A stretch of DNA of 64,000 bases from Alphaproteobacteria bacterium (GTDB lineage: Bacteria > Pseudomonadota > Alphaproteobacteria > SHVV01). Each line of letters starts with the position of its first letter. Positions within the stretch are counted from its first letter, which is position 1. The translations under genes and the position numbers were made by a program. The notes under the pieces are model-generated. The model was not told the origin of the DNA. It did no database searches and worked only from the letters and a program-made list of their open reading frames with translations. The DNA lies in contig OZ253470.1 in NCBI GenBank assembly GCA_965261735.1, positions 160,001 through 224,000 on the forward strand. Direction: 5' to 3'. Shown here piece after piece: positions 49,803-60,283 of this stretch.

Positions 49803-50477
49803 ATGGACCCCCTGACCGGCAACGTAACCGACGCCGTGGTCATCGCCATCGTGGTGGTGTCGGGCGCGCTTGCGTTTTCGCGCGGGCTCGTCAGGGAGGT
49901 ACTCGTCGTGGCGGCGTGGATAGGGGCGGCGATGGCGACCCTCTACCTGTTCCCCATCCTAAAGGTATTCCTGCGCGACCTTATCGCGCTGACCCTGATT
50001 GCGGACGGCATCACCGGAGTCGCCATTTTCGTCGTCACGCTGTTTATCCTGTCGCTAATCAGCCACCGAATCGCCTCGCGCGTGCGGCGAACACAGGTGA
50101 GCACGCTCGACCGGTCGCTCGGCTTCGTATTCGGCTTGGCCCGCGGCAGCCTCATCGTGTGCATCGCGTACCTGGCCCTGACATGGTTCGTTCCCGCCAG
50201 CGACCAGCCGGAGTGGGTGCGCGGCGCTCGCGTGGCCCCCCTCGTCCGCTTTGCCAGTGCGCGCCTCCTCGAGCTCGTGCCGGACGACGCCGCGAGCCGA
50301 GGTGGCGCGGTCGCCGAGAGCCTAACGCGCAACGCCAGGCTCACCTCGAGCGCGGCCGAAAGCCTCAGGATTCTGGCGGCACCGCCCGCCTCCGACTCCG
50401 CGCCCGAGGCCGGCTATGGGAGCCTGCAGCGGCGTGCGCTCGACCAATTGATCCGCGCGCAGCAACAGGGCGGCTGA
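49803..50477 (+). CDS. cvpA: CvpA family protein
   Basis: RGLVRE, DRSLGFVFGLARG; upstream of purF. Confidence 0.9.
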   Translation: MDPLTGNVTDAVVIAIVVVSGALAFSRGLVREVLVVAAWIGAAMATLYLFPILKVFLRDLIALTLIADGITGVAIFVVTLFILSLISHRIASRVRRTQVSTLDRSLGFVFGLARGSLIVCIAYLALTWFVPASDQPEWVRGARVAPLVRFASARLLELVPDDAASRGGAVAESLTRNARLTSSAAESLRILAAPPASDSAPEAGYGSLQRRALDQLIRAQQQGG

Positions 50478-50478
50478 T

Positions 50479-51951
50479 TTGCTTTCCCGCCCATGGCTTC
50501 CGGACCCGACCGGCTTGGCGCTCGACAAGCCGCGTGACGAGTGCGGCGTGTTCTGCGTGTTCGCCCACCCCGACGCGGCCGCCCACACCGTGCTCGGCCT
50601 GCACGCCTTGCAGCACCGCGGCCAAGAGGCGGCCGGCATCGTCAGCTTCGACGGCACCCACTTCCATTCCGAGCGCGGGCTCGGACACGTCGCCGACAAT
50701 TTCAGCTCGGCCGAGGTCGTGCAGCGCCTGCGCGGGGCGTCCGCCATCGGGCACGTCCGCTACTCGACCACCGGTGAAACGATCCTACGCAACGTCCAGC
50801 CGCTGTTCGCCGAGTTCGCGTTCGGCGGCCTTGCCGTCGCGCACAATGGCAACTTCACCAACGGCTATGAGGTGCGCCAGCGGCTCGTGGAGCGCGGCTG
50901 CATCTTCCAGTCGACGACTGATACCGAGATCCTCGTCCACCTTATTGCGACGAGTCCGGCGCGCGGCGTGGTCGACCGCATGATCGACGCGCTGCGCCAG
51001 ATCGAGGGCGCCTATTCGCTGGCGGCGATGACCAACGACGCGATCATGGGCGTACGCGATCCGCTGGGGGTGCGCCCCCTCGTGATCGGCAGCCTGGACG
51101 GGGCCACGATCCTCGCGTCAGAGACCTGTGCGCTCGACATCATAGGTGCCACTTACGTGCGCGACGTGGCGGCGGGCGAGCTCGTCGTCATAGACGCCGA
51201 GGGCGTCCATAGTTATCGCCCGTTCCTTCCGGCGGCGCAGCGCTTCTGCGTCTTCGAGTACATCTACTTCGCGCGGCCCGACAGCATCGTCGAGGGCACC
51301 AGCGTCTACGAGGCCCGCAAGCGCATCGGCGCCGAGCTCGCGCGCGAGAGCCACGTTCCCGCCGACGTCGTCATCCCGGTACCGGATTCGGGAACGCCCG
51401 CGGCCATCGGCTACGCTGCCGAGGCTGGCGTTCCCTTCGAGCTCGGCATCATCCGCAACCACTATGTGGGGCGTACGTTTATCGAGCCGGGCGAGCAGAT
51501 CCGCCATCTCGGGGTCAAGCTCAAGCACAACGCCAACCTGGCGGAAATCGAGGGCAAGAGGATCATCCTCGTCGACGACAGCATCGTCCGCGGCACGACC
51601 TCGACCAAGATCGTCGAGATGGTGCGCAAGGCCGGCGCCCGCGAGGTGCACATGCGCATCGCCAGCCCGCCGACGACCCACTCGTGCTACTACGGGGTCG
51701 ACACCCCCGACCGGAGCCAGCTCCTCGCCGCCAACCACGACGTCGCCAGCATGCGCGAATTCATCGGCGTCGATAGCCTGGAATTCATCTCGATAGACGG
51801 GCTCTACCGGGCGATGGACCAAACCGGCCGCGATCCCGTCCAACCCCACTTCTGCGATGCGTGCTTCACCGGCGATTATCCGACCCCGCTCACCGACCTC
51901 CAGAATGGGCCCCAACCGGCACAGCTTTCCCTGCTTTCCGAGCACGGGTAG
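50479..51951 (+). CDS. purF: Amidophosphoribosyltransferase
   Basis: ECGVF, LQHRGQE, VDDSIVRGTT. Confidence 0.97.
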   Translation: MLSRPWLPDPTGLALDKPRDECGVFCVFAHPDAAAHTVLGLHALQHRGQEAAGIVSFDGTHFHSERGLGHVADNFSSAEVVQRLRGASAIGHVRYSTTGETILRNVQPLFAEFAFGGLAVAHNGNFTNGYEVRQRLVERGCIFQSTTDTEILVHLIATSPARGVVDRMIDALRQIEGAYSLAAMTNDAIMGVRDPLGVRPLVIGSLDGATILASETCALDIIGATYVRDVAAGELVVIDAEGVHSYRPFLPAAQRFCVFEYIYFARPDSIVEGTSVYEARKRIGAELARESHVPADVVIPVPDSGTPAAIGYAAEAGVPFELGIIRNHYVGRTFIEPGEQIRHLGVKLKHNANLAEIEGKRIILVDDSIVRGTTSTKIVEMVRKAGAREVHMRIASPPTTHSCYYGVDTPDRSQLLAANHDVASMREFIGVDSLEFISIDGLYRAMDQTGRDPVQPHFCDACFTGDYPTPLTDLQNGPQPAQLSLLSEHG

Positions 51952-51978
51952 CGGCCGGAACGCGGCCGCCCCATCCTC

Positions 51979-52695
51979 GTGGCCGGGCCTCCTGGCAAGC
52001 GCCTCGATCAGCGCATCGCGCTCATCACGGGGGCCTCGCGCGGTATTGGCGCCGCGATCGCGAGCCGCTTTGCCGCGGAAGGCGCGCGCCTGATCCTTAC
52101 CGCGCGCACCACCGGTGGTCTCGAGGAGGTCGACGATGCGGTGCGCCGGGCCGGATCGAGCGCGACCCTGGTGCCCTTCGATCTCGCCGAGGCCGAGGCC
52201 ATCGACCGGCTCGGCCACTCCGTCGCCGAGCGCTTCGGGCGGCTCGACGTCCTGGTCGGCAACGCCGCCGCCCTCGGGCGGTTAGGACCGCTCGGCCACC
52301 TGCCGCCAGAGCAATGGGAACAGGTTCTCGCCGTCAACCTCACGGCCAACTGGCGCCTGATACGAGCGTGCGATCCGCTGTTGCGCCTGTCCGACGCGGG
52401 CCGCGCGATCTTCGTCACCTCCGGCGTGACGCGCGCCCCGAGCGCCTATTGGGGCGCCTATGCGACAACCAAGGCGGCACTCGAGAGCATGGTCAAAACC
52501 TACGCCGCCGAGATCGCCAAGACGAAGGTGCGCGCGAACCTGCTCGATCCGGGAATCGTGCGTACGCGCCTGCGCGCCGAGGCCTTCCCGGGCGAGGACG
52601 AATCGCGCCTGGCGGCACCGGAGAGCGTCACCGAGGCTTTCGTCACCCTCGCCGAGCCGGCGTTCACCGGCAATGGCGAGATTGTTCGGGCGTAG
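51979..52695 (+). CDS. SDR family oxidoreductase
   Basis: TGASRGIG, YATTK. Confidence 0.9.
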   Translation: MAGPPGKRLDQRIALITGASRGIGAAIASRFAAEGARLILTARTTGGLEEVDDAVRRAGSSATLVPFDLAEAEAIDRLGHSVAERFGRLDVLVGNAAALGRLGPLGHLPPEQWEQVLAVNLTANWRLIRACDPLLRLSDAGRAIFVTSGVTRAPSAYWGAYATTKAALESMVKTYAAEIAKTKVRANLLDPGIVRTRLRAEAFPGEDESRLAAPESVTEAFVTLAEPAFTGNGEIVRA

Positions 52696-52715
52696 CCGCG
52701 ACGCCTCGCGGTTCT

Positions 52716-54059
52716 CTAGGGTCGGGCGCGCCCGCTGCTGCGGAGCTGCAGGCGGATTGGGGTGCCGGCGAGCACGAAGGTCTCGCGCAAGCCGTTGACG
52801 AGGTAGCGCACGTAAGACTCGGGGAGGCCCCGGATGCGGCTCGCGAACAGGACGAAGCTCGGCGGGCGCGCCGCCGCCTGGGTTAGATAGCGCAGCCGAA
52901 TGCGGTGCCCGTCGACGAGCGGCGGGGGGTGGCGCTCGGCAACCCCCGCGAGCCAGCGGTTGAGAACCGCGGTCGGAATACGGCGCGCCCAGACGTCGTA
53001 TACGTGCAGCACCGCCGGCATCAGCTCGGCCACGCCCGCGCCCGTGAGGGCCGATAAGGGAACCACCGGAACGCCACGTATCTGGGCGAGGGATTTTTCC
53101 ATCCTTCCGGTCACCGCCGCGAGGGCGCGCCGCCGATCACGCACGGCATCCCACTTGTTGAGCGCGACAACCAGTGCCCGCCCCTCCTCCACCGCCATCC
53201 TGGCGATGGAGAGGTCCTGCTTCTCCAGTGGTGCCTGGCCATCGATCATCACCACCACGACGTCGGCGAGTCGCACCGCGCGCAGGGCGCTGGCCACCGA
53301 AAGGCGTTCGAGGACACCCGTCACTTTGGCCTTGCGGCGCAGCCCGGCGGTATCGATGAGGCGAATCCGGCGCCCGCCGACCGCCCATTCGACAGGAATG
53401 GCGTCGCGGGTAATCCCCGACTCGGGCCCGGTCAGCATGCGGTCGCTGCCGAGGAGCCGGTTGACGAGGGTCGACTTGCCGACGTTGGGCCGGCCGACGA
53501 TGGCGAGCCTTAGGATGCCCTCCTCTGCGTCCTCTCCCGGCTCCGCATCGGCGACCGCCTTGAGCGCCGCATCGCGGGCGTCGAGCACGTCGTATAGGCC
53601 GTCGAGACCCTGGCCGTGCTCCGCTGAAATCGCTACCGGGTCGCCGAGACCCAACGAATAGCCCTCGAGCACGCCGGCTTCTCCGCCCCCGCCCTCGCAC
53701 TTGTTGGCGATGAGCACGACTGGAGACCTGCCTTTGCGCAGGAGATTGGCGAAGTGGCGATCGGCCGGCGTGACGCCGGCGCGGGCATCGATCAGCATCA
53801 GGGCGATGTCGGCGTGTTCGAGCGCGGCTTGGGTCTGAAGCCCCATGCGGTCACGCAGGGTGCCGGGCTCGGCCTCCTCGAGCCCCGCGGTGTCGATCAG
53901 GCGGAACTCAAGCAGGCCCAGGCTAGCATCGCCCTCGCGCCAGTCGCGGGTGACGCCGGGTTCCTTGTCGACGAGCGCCACACGCCTGCCGACAAGCCGG
54001 TTGAACAGGGTCGACTTGCCGACATTGGGGCGGCCGACGATCGCCACGGTGAGGCCCAT
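52716..54059 (-). CDS. der: Ribosome biogenesis GTPase Der
   Basis: Two GRPNVGKS / DTAG domains. Confidence 0.97.
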   Translation of the reverse strand: MGLTVAIVGRPNVGKSTLFNRLVGRRVALVDKEPGVTRDWREGDASLGLLEFRLIDTAGLEEAEPGTLRDRMGLQTQAALEHADIALMLIDARAGVTPADRHFANLLRKGRSPVVLIANKCEGGGGEAGVLEGYSLGLGDPVAISAEHGQGLDGLYDVLDARDAALKAVADAEPGEDAEEGILRLAIVGRPNVGKSTLVNRLLGSDRMLTGPESGITRDAIPVEWAVGGRRIRLIDTAGLRRKAKVTGVLERLSVASALRAVRLADVVVVMIDGQAPLEKQDLSIARMAVEEGRALVVALNKWDAVRDRRRALAAVTGRMEKSLAQIRGVPVVPLSALTGAGVAELMPAVLHVYDVWARRIPTAVLNRWLAGVAERHPPPLVDGHRIRLRYLTQAAARPPSFVLFASRIRGLPESYVRYLVNGLRETFVLAGTPIRLQLRSSGRARP

Positions 54060-54063
54060 CCCA

Positions 54064-55395
54064 TCACCTCAACGCGATCAAATCGGCGTCGTCGGTAAGA
54101 ATGTAGATCGTTCCAGCGGCGACGACGGGTGCCACGCGGGCGCCCTCGGGCAAGCGCAAGCGGCCCAGGATATCGCCGCTGTAGGGCGAGACCGAAAGCG
54201 CCTCCGCCGACGACGAGACGACGATGAGGCGGTCGCTCGCCAGCACGGGGCCGCTCCACAGAATCAGCCCCGTCCGGCTCGATTCGTTCTCGTAGCGCGG
54301 CAGCTGCGTGACCCAGCGGACTCGCCCGTTGCGCCGCCACAGACACACGATCTCGGCGTCCGCGGTAACGAGGTAGATGAAGTCGCCGGCGAGCCAGGGC
54401 GACTGCGTTCCGTCGATGAGCTGGTCCCACACGCGCGCGCCGTTGCGCAGATTGATGGCCACCATGCGGCCGCCATGACTGACCGCGTAGACGTGCTCGC
54501 CGGCGATGATGGGGCGGCCGCTGATGTCGCTCACGGCCGCCCTCGAGGCGAGGCGGCCGGTGCGCGTCAGCGAGTCCGACCAGGCGACGCGGCCGTTGTC
54601 GACGCGCAGCGCGAACAACTCGCCCGACGAGTAGGGCGCGACCACGATATTGCCGGCGACCGCTGGGCTGGCCGCGCCGAGGAGGCCGGCCGCCTCGATG
54701 ATTCCCTGATGAGCCCACAGAACTTCGCCATCTGCGGCGGCGAGCGCGTGAAGCTTGTTGTCGTAGCTGATGACGAAGAGGCGACCGTCGCTGTAGGTCG
54801 GCGCCGCGCGTATGGGAACGCCGAGGGGCCGGCGCCAGATCTCCGCGCCGGTCGCGGGATCGAGGGCGAACACATCACCAAAGCCGGTGGCCGCATACAC
54901 GGCGGTCTCGGCCACGGCGACGCCGCCACCGTATCCACCGTCCTCTTCGTCCGCCGGGTTGAGGCTGACCCGCCAGAGGCGCTCGCCCGTCTCGACGTCG
55001 AGGGCAACGGCATCACCTTGTGCGTCGAGCGCGAAGATCCCCAAGCCGGAGACGACGGGAGCGACCAGCAGCCGGCGATACCTGCTGGAGCCGCGCCCCA
55101 GCCTGACCCGCCAGACCTGCTGCGGCGCGGCCGCCACCGCCACATGCTGCATCGCGTGGCTCGCGCGCCCTCCGGCCTGCGGCCACTCGGGATTGATCCG
55201 GGGCCGAGGCAGCCGCACCTCGAGATCGGCGAGGCCGGGATCCGGCTCCAGTGATCGCTGTAGCGATAGGACGGAAATACGCTCGCCCGGGAGCGGCGGC
55301 CCCTCGCCCTCGCCGAGCCAACCGTCGGGCAGCAGGCCACAGCCCGCAAGCAACGCCACCACACCGACCGCCGCTGGCAGCGACCGCGCCGCCAT
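54064..55395 (-). CDS. bamB: PQQ-repeat beta-propeller lipoprotein (BamB-like)
   Basis: Lipobox [15 protein letters not shown], repeated G...W blades; context between YfgM-like gene and der. Confidence 0.82.
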   Translation of the reverse strand: MAARSLPAAVGVVALLAGCGLLPDGWLGEGEGPPLPGERISVLSLQRSLEPDPGLADLEVRLPRPRINPEWPQAGGRASHAMQHVAVAAAPQQVWRVRLGRGSSRYRRLLVAPVVSGLGIFALDAQGDAVALDVETGERLWRVSLNPADEEDGGYGGGVAVAETAVYAATGFGDVFALDPATGAEIWRRPLGVPIRAAPTYSDGRLFVISYDNKLHALAAADGEVLWAHQGIIEAAGLLGAASPAVAGNIVVAPYSSGELFALRVDNGRVAWSDSLTRTGRLASRAAVSDISGRPIIAGEHVYAVSHGGRMVAINLRNGARVWDQLIDGTQSPWLAGDFIYLVTADAEIVCLWRRNGRVRWVTQLPRYENESSRTGLILWSGPVLASDRLIVVSSSAEALSVSPYSGDILGRLRLPEGARVAPVVAAGTIYILTDDADLIALR

Positions 55396-55399
55396 CGTC

Positions 55400-56050
55400 C
55401 TACTCCGCAGCGCGGAGGGCGGCCAGGAGTTCCGCCGCACGGGCGCGGATACCGGGCGGCGCCTCGGGGTCGTCGACGAGCCCCTCGTAGCCGCGGCGCG
55501 CCTCCTCGGTACTACCCGTGCGCAGGTCCAGCAGGGCCCTGAGCTCGCGCGCCGAGAAGCGCCACGGGCTTTCTGCATCCATCAAGGGCTCAAGGCGGGT
55601 GATGAGCTCGTCGCGGTCGCCCGAGTCGACGAGATGTTGGGCGGCGAGCAACCGGGCGAGGCCGCGCAGCCTCGCGTCGACGCCGGTGTCCGCGGCGACG
55701 CGGTCGTAAAGCGCGATGGCTCCCTCGCGATCACCGGCACGCGCCTGGGCCGAGGCCTGCTCGAGGCGGGCCAGGACCGCGTAGCCCGCGCCCGCTGAAT
55801 CGGCCAGGCCGGCGAACGCGGTCGCCGCCTGTTCGCTGGCGCCGCCCCGGCTCAGATTCAGGGCTGCCGAGAAGGCCGTACTGTCGGCCTCGCGCTGCGA
55901 GCGAGAAAAGTCCCGCCACCAGACCCCCGACGCCGTCGCCACGACGATGGCGACCGCGACGGCCACGAAATACCGGCCATACGCCTGCCAAAGCTTGGCG
56001 TAGCGTTCTCGGCGAACGTCCTCTTCGACTTCCTTGAAAATGTCGGACAC
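55400..56050 (-). CDS. YfgM-like TPR membrane protein
   Basis: MSDIFKEVEEDVRRE..LW..YG, one TM helix, helical repeats. Confidence 0.85.
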   Translation of the reverse strand: MSDIFKEVEEDVRRERYAKLWQAYGRYFVAVAVAIVVATASGVWWRDFSRSQREADSTAFSAALNLSRGGASEQAATAFAGLADSAGAGYAVLARLEQASAQARAGDREGAIALYDRVAADTGVDARLRGLARLLAAQHLVDSGDRDELITRLEPLMDAESPWRFSARELRALLDLRTGSTEEARRGYEGLVDDPEAPPGIRARAAELLAALRAAE

Positions 56051-56136
56051 AGGAAACTCCGTAGCGTGGGCTCTCCGGGTAAACCCCTCGGGAACCCCGT
56101 TCGCCGGGGCGCCGCCAGGAAATCCCGGTGCCTACC

Positions 56137-56691
56137 TCACGCCTCTTTCCACTTGATGGAACAGCCGATGCTCGGCACCTGCTCCGCGGGGCCTTGGCCG
56201 GTCCTGGCTACCAGGAGCATCGCTTCGAACAGCTCGCGCCTGGCGTTGGCGACGGGCTTGACGCCGGAGGCGTCGAGGCGACCGCGATATTCCAGCTCGA
56301 GATCGGCGTTGAAGCCGTAGAAATCGGGCGTGCATACCGCCTCGTAGGCGCGCGCGAGGTTTTGGCTGCGGTCGATCACATAGGGGAACGTGAAGCCCTT
56401 CTCCTGTGCCACCCGCCGCATGTTGTCGAACGAGTCCTCGGCGTGGGCCTGCGGATCGTTGGGCATGATCGCGATCGCGCCAACACCCTTGGTCTTCAAC
56501 TCGGTCACGTCGCGGACGACGCGGTCGATAATGGCCTTGACGTAGGGACAGTGATTGCAAATGAACATGACCAGCGTGCCTTTTTCACCACGCACGTCAG
56601 CCAGGCTATAGCGCTTGCCATCCACCCCCTCGAGGTCGAAATCGACGGCCTCCCACCCGATCTCGCAAATGGGCGTTGTCGTCGCAACCAT
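56137..56691 (-). CDS. Thioredoxin-family (AhpC/TSA-like) protein
   Basis: FICNHCPYV, AVCTPDF, YRGRLD, SIGCSIKWK. Confidence 0.92.
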   Translation of the reverse strand: MVATTTPICEIGWEAVDFDLEGVDGKRYSLADVRGEKGTLVMFICNHCPYVKAIIDRVVRDVTELKTKGVGAIAIMPNDPQAHAEDSFDNMRRVAQEKGFTFPYVIDRSQNLARAYEAVCTPDFYGFNADLELEYRGRLDASGVKPVANARRELFEAMLLVARTGQGPAEQVPSIGCSIKWKEA

Positions 56692-57507
56692 GGCACACCT
56701 CCAGGCTCATGCGACCGCGAGGCGTACCTCACGATCACCGTCGCGCCGGTTTTAGCATGAAGGGCGGGCGCAGGCACAACGCCAATTGAGCGTAGCGACG
56801 CGGCGTGCCCGCGCTCGGCGCGGCGCGCTAGGCGATGACTCTATCTGCAGGAAAGCGCATGGCGACGGTCGTTCCCGAGCCCGGAACGCTGGCCAGCGTA
56901 AGGACACCGCCGTGCAACTCGACGAGTGCCTGGACCATCGGCAGGCCCAGGCCCGTACCGCGCGAGCGCCGAGTGAGGCTGCTTTGCACCTGTCCGAACG
57001 GCGCCATTGCCGTCGGGATGTCGTCGGCAGCCATGCCCACGCCCGTGTCGCGCACGGAGATCACGAGCTCGCCACCGGGTTCCATGCCCGCCTCAACATC
57101 GACGCTGCCGCCATCGGGGGTGAACTCGATCGCGTTGGAAACAAGATTGATCAACGCCTGCTTGAGCTTTCGGGCATCGCCGCGGAGCGCGACGAGGTCA
57201 TCGGGGCAGATCGATTCGAGAGCAACGCCGGCGTCCTCCGCACGGCCCCCCATCATGCGCAGGCAGGAGGCGATGCTCTGGCAGACATCGACCGGCGCCT
57301 CGTCGAGCTCGAGCATGCCGGCGTCGGCTTTCGACATGTCGAGGATGTCGTTGATGATGCTCAGGAGGTGCGCACCACTGTCCTCGATAGTCTTGGCATA
57401 ATCGAGATATTTGGGGTGGCCGAGCGGCCCATAGAGCTGGGCCGACAATACCTCGGCGAAGCCGATGACGGCATTGAGCGGCGTACGCGCCTCGTGGCTG
57501 ATATGCG

Positions 57508-58590
57508 CTAGTGGATTGATTCCAACGTTTGGAACCCTCTGTTTCGTGCGGCGATGATATGATCGGGGTCGGCTTTCCAGATGAAGGGTTTTGGGTTTGC
57601 GTCATTGTATTCGCGGACAAATCGGTTGATGGCGTCCTGAAGGTCGACGACGGATTGGAAGACGCCGTATTTGAGCCTGCGCCGCGTTAGTTTGGCGAAG
57701 AAGCCCTCGACGGCATTGAGCCACGAGCACGAGGTTGGCGTGAAGTGGAAGGTCCAGCGTGGATGGCGGGCGAGCCAGGCGCGGACCTTGTCCTTCTTGT
57801 GCGCGGCGTAGTTGTCGAGGATGACGTGGACGGCCTTGTCCGTCGGCACCTCGCGCTCGATGCGGTTGAGGAAGCGGATGAACTCCTGATGGCGGTGGCG
57901 CTGCATGTTCTGTGCGATGACCGTACCGTCCAGCACGTTGAGCGCGGCGAACAGCGTCGTCGTGCCATGCCGTTTGTAATCATAGGTCATCGTACCGGCG
58001 CGGCCCTTCTTCATCGGCAAGCCGGGTTGGGTGCGGTCGAGCGCCTGGATCTGTGATTTCTCATCAACCGACAGCACCACGGCATGGGCCGGCGGATCGA
58101 CATACAAGCCGACGATATCTGTGAGCTTCTCGGCGAAGGCGGGATCATTGGAGAGCTTGAAGTGCCGCCAGCGGTGCGGGCTGAGGCCATGGGCCTTCCA
58201 GATCGCTTGGACCGTCGACGCCGCGACGCCAGCAACCTTCGCCATCGCGCGCAGCGTCCAGTGGGTCGCCTCGTGCGGCGGCGCTTGCTGGGTCAGGCGG
58301 ACGATCTCGGCGACGCGCTCCGGCGGGATCGGCGCTTTGCCAGGCGGACGGGACCTGTCGCGAAGCAAGCCGTTGACACCCTCGTGCATGAACCGCTCCT
58401 GCCAGCGCCAGACACAGGTCTTGGACTTGCCGGTCTCGGCCATGATCGACGAGTTCCCGAGCCCCTCGTCGCTCTTCAGGATGATCCGCGCCCGCCAGAC
58501 ATGTTTCTGCGAGCTCTTCGGGTCCGCGACGATAGCTTGCAATCGCTGACGGTCGCCAGACGTGACAGTAAAATGGATGCCGGTGCGCAT
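57508..58590 (-). CDS. IS630 transposase, apparently intact
   Basis: SVDEKSQIQA, ILDNYAAHK, SWLNAVE; TAG stop uses the target TA. Confidence 0.93.
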   Translation of the reverse strand: MRTGIHFTVTSGDRQRLQAIVADPKSSQKHVWRARIILKSDEGLGNSSIMAETGKSKTCVWRWQERFMHEGVNGLLRDRSRPPGKAPIPPERVAEIVRLTQQAPPHEATHWTLRAMAKVAGVAASTVQAIWKAHGLSPHRWRHFKLSNDPAFAEKLTDIVGLYVDPPAHAVVLSVDEKSQIQALDRTQPGLPMKKGRAGTMTYDYKRHGTTTLFAALNVLDGTVIAQNMQRHRHQEFIRFLNRIEREVPTDKAVHVILDNYAAHKKDKVRAWLARHPRWTFHFTPTSCSWLNAVEGFFAKLTRRRLKYGVFQSVVDLQDAINRFVREYNDANPKPFIWKADPDHIIAARNRGFQTLESIH

Positions 58591-58659
58591 AGCACAGACT
58601 CGCATGACACCGCACAATACGGAATCTCAAATCGGACTCTTTCGTTCCGATCAATCCAC
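57511..58659 (-). mobile_element. IS630-family element
   Basis: IRs (TA)GTGGATTGAT / ATCAATCCAC(TA); TA duplication within a CTAG target. Confidence 0.95.
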
Positions 58660-59147
58660 TAGGTAGCGTGTCATCGAGTGAACCGGCTCGATGGCGGCTT
58701 CGGGCGCGCCGCGGCTCGAAGCGGACGGTGCATCGTCCTCACGCGCCGTCGCCACAACCTGGGCGATCTCGCCCGTACCGTTGGCGATCGCCGCGAGGTG
58801 CCAGTGCAACGGCTTCGTCTCGCGTGACGACATCTCACGCGCGCCGTCGATGCTGCGCGGTCCGTGCCCCGCGAGAACGGCCTCGACGGCGGCACGCGCT
58901 CCTCCGGCCACGGCTGGCGCCAGTTCCCAAAACGGGCGGCCGCGGATGTCGTCGAGCGAGCGGCCACATGCTTGGCCGCCGGCCGCGTTCCCCCAAGAAA
59001 CCCGCCCACGCCCGTCGAGAAGAACGACCGGAACGGGCAGCGCATCAAGGACGGCGGCGAGTTGTGGATCGACCTCGGACAAAGATACCCTCACTACCCC
59101 CGGCGGGTTGCCCTTTTCAACAAATGGGAGGCACAGGGAAAATGTAC

Positions 59148-60253
59148 CTTGCCTATCCGGTTTACACCCACACCCACTAGGGCTAGAATAGGCGCAAACC
59201 GGATATAGGGGAGCGCGCCATGGATGTTCTCGACCGCGCCGATCTCCCATTCCCGCATTCGCTACCCGAGTTCCAGCGACTTTTCCCCGATGATGCGGCC
59301 TGCGCCGCCTACCTGGAGAAAGCCCGCTGGGGAGACGGCTTTGCCTGCCCGCACTGCGGCACGGCGGGAGAGCCGTTCCACTTTGAAAACCGCCCTGGCG
59401 TCCTGCGCTGCCGCAAGTGCCGCCAAGAACACCGGGCTGACGGTGGGAACAGTGATGGAGCGTAGCCACACTCCGCTGAACGTCTGGTTCTGGGCCGCTT
59501 ATCTGGTCGCAAGTCAGACGCCCGGCATGTCCGCCGTGCAGTTTCAGCGGCAACTTGGTCTTTCGCGCTACGAGACGGCCTTTCAAATTCTCCACAAGCT
59601 CCGCTCGGGCATGGTGCGGCCCAACCAAGACAGGATCGGTGGACAGCCCAAGAACCATGTTGAGGTGGACGAAACCTGGGTTGGCGGGCGAACGCGTGGG
59701 GAAGGCCGTGGTGTTCACCACAAGGTCCCCGTCTCCTGTGCCATCGAGGTGCGTCATCGAAAGCCGGGCACCAAGCTCGACAACCGGAAAGACGGACGCT
59801 ATGCCGGACGCGTTCGGCTCGCCGTCGTGCTCGACCGTAGCGCCGAGTCGCTCTGTGGGTTCGTCGAGAGCACCGTCGCGCCGCGATCGCTGATCGTTAC
59901 TGACGATTGGAGCGGCTATGCTGGCCTCGGTAAGCGCGGCTATGAGCACTTCGCTGTTGCCGAGTGTGGTGATCCAGAGGTTGCCGAGCAATACCTGCCG
60001 ATCATCCATCTGGTTTTCGCCAACCTGAAGACGTGGCTGATCGGTATCCACCACGGCGTTAGCCACCAGCACCTACAAGCCTACCTCAACGAGTTCACCT
60101 TCCGCTTCAACAGGCGGTTCTACCCGTTCAACGCCTTCCGCTCATTGCTCGGCATCGCGGGCGACACCTCTGCTCCAACCTATGCCGAGCTTTACTCGGG
60201 AGAGTGGCGGCACCCTACATGTAGCGGTCATGGGCGTTAACCGGATAGGCAAG
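59148..60253 (+). mobile_element. IS1595 copy 3, full length (1106 bp)
   Basis: IRs CTTGCCTATCCGG / CCGGATAGGCAAG; TSD AAATGTAC (59140-59147, 60254-60261); promoter TTTACA-17-TAGAAT (59161-59189). Confidence 0.96.
59220..60240 (+). pseudogene. IS1595 transposase with +1 frameshift
   Basis: CGCCAAGAAC at about 59425 versus CGCCAGAAC in copies 1 and 2; Zn ribbon, VEVDE, TDDW, YLNEFTFRFNRR. Confidence 0.88.
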
Positions 60254-60283
60254 AAATGTACAGGCCGAATACTGTGTGTTTCC

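Larger units (their letters stand above)
56828..59082 (-). pseudogene. PAS-HisKA-HATPase sensor kinase (PleC/DivJ/PdhS-like) split by IS630
   Basis: Rejoined ...MTRYL/AHISHEARTPLNAVIGF...LYGPLG..KY, NLVSNA, DTGVG, GTGLGL; PAS domain in 58662-59082; start inferred. Confidence 0.9.

Noticed and set aside
58651-60072. 473-aa ORF ending in a PAS domain
   Set aside because: Antisense IS1595 frame running into the kinase N-terminus; depends on the frameshift and has no credible start
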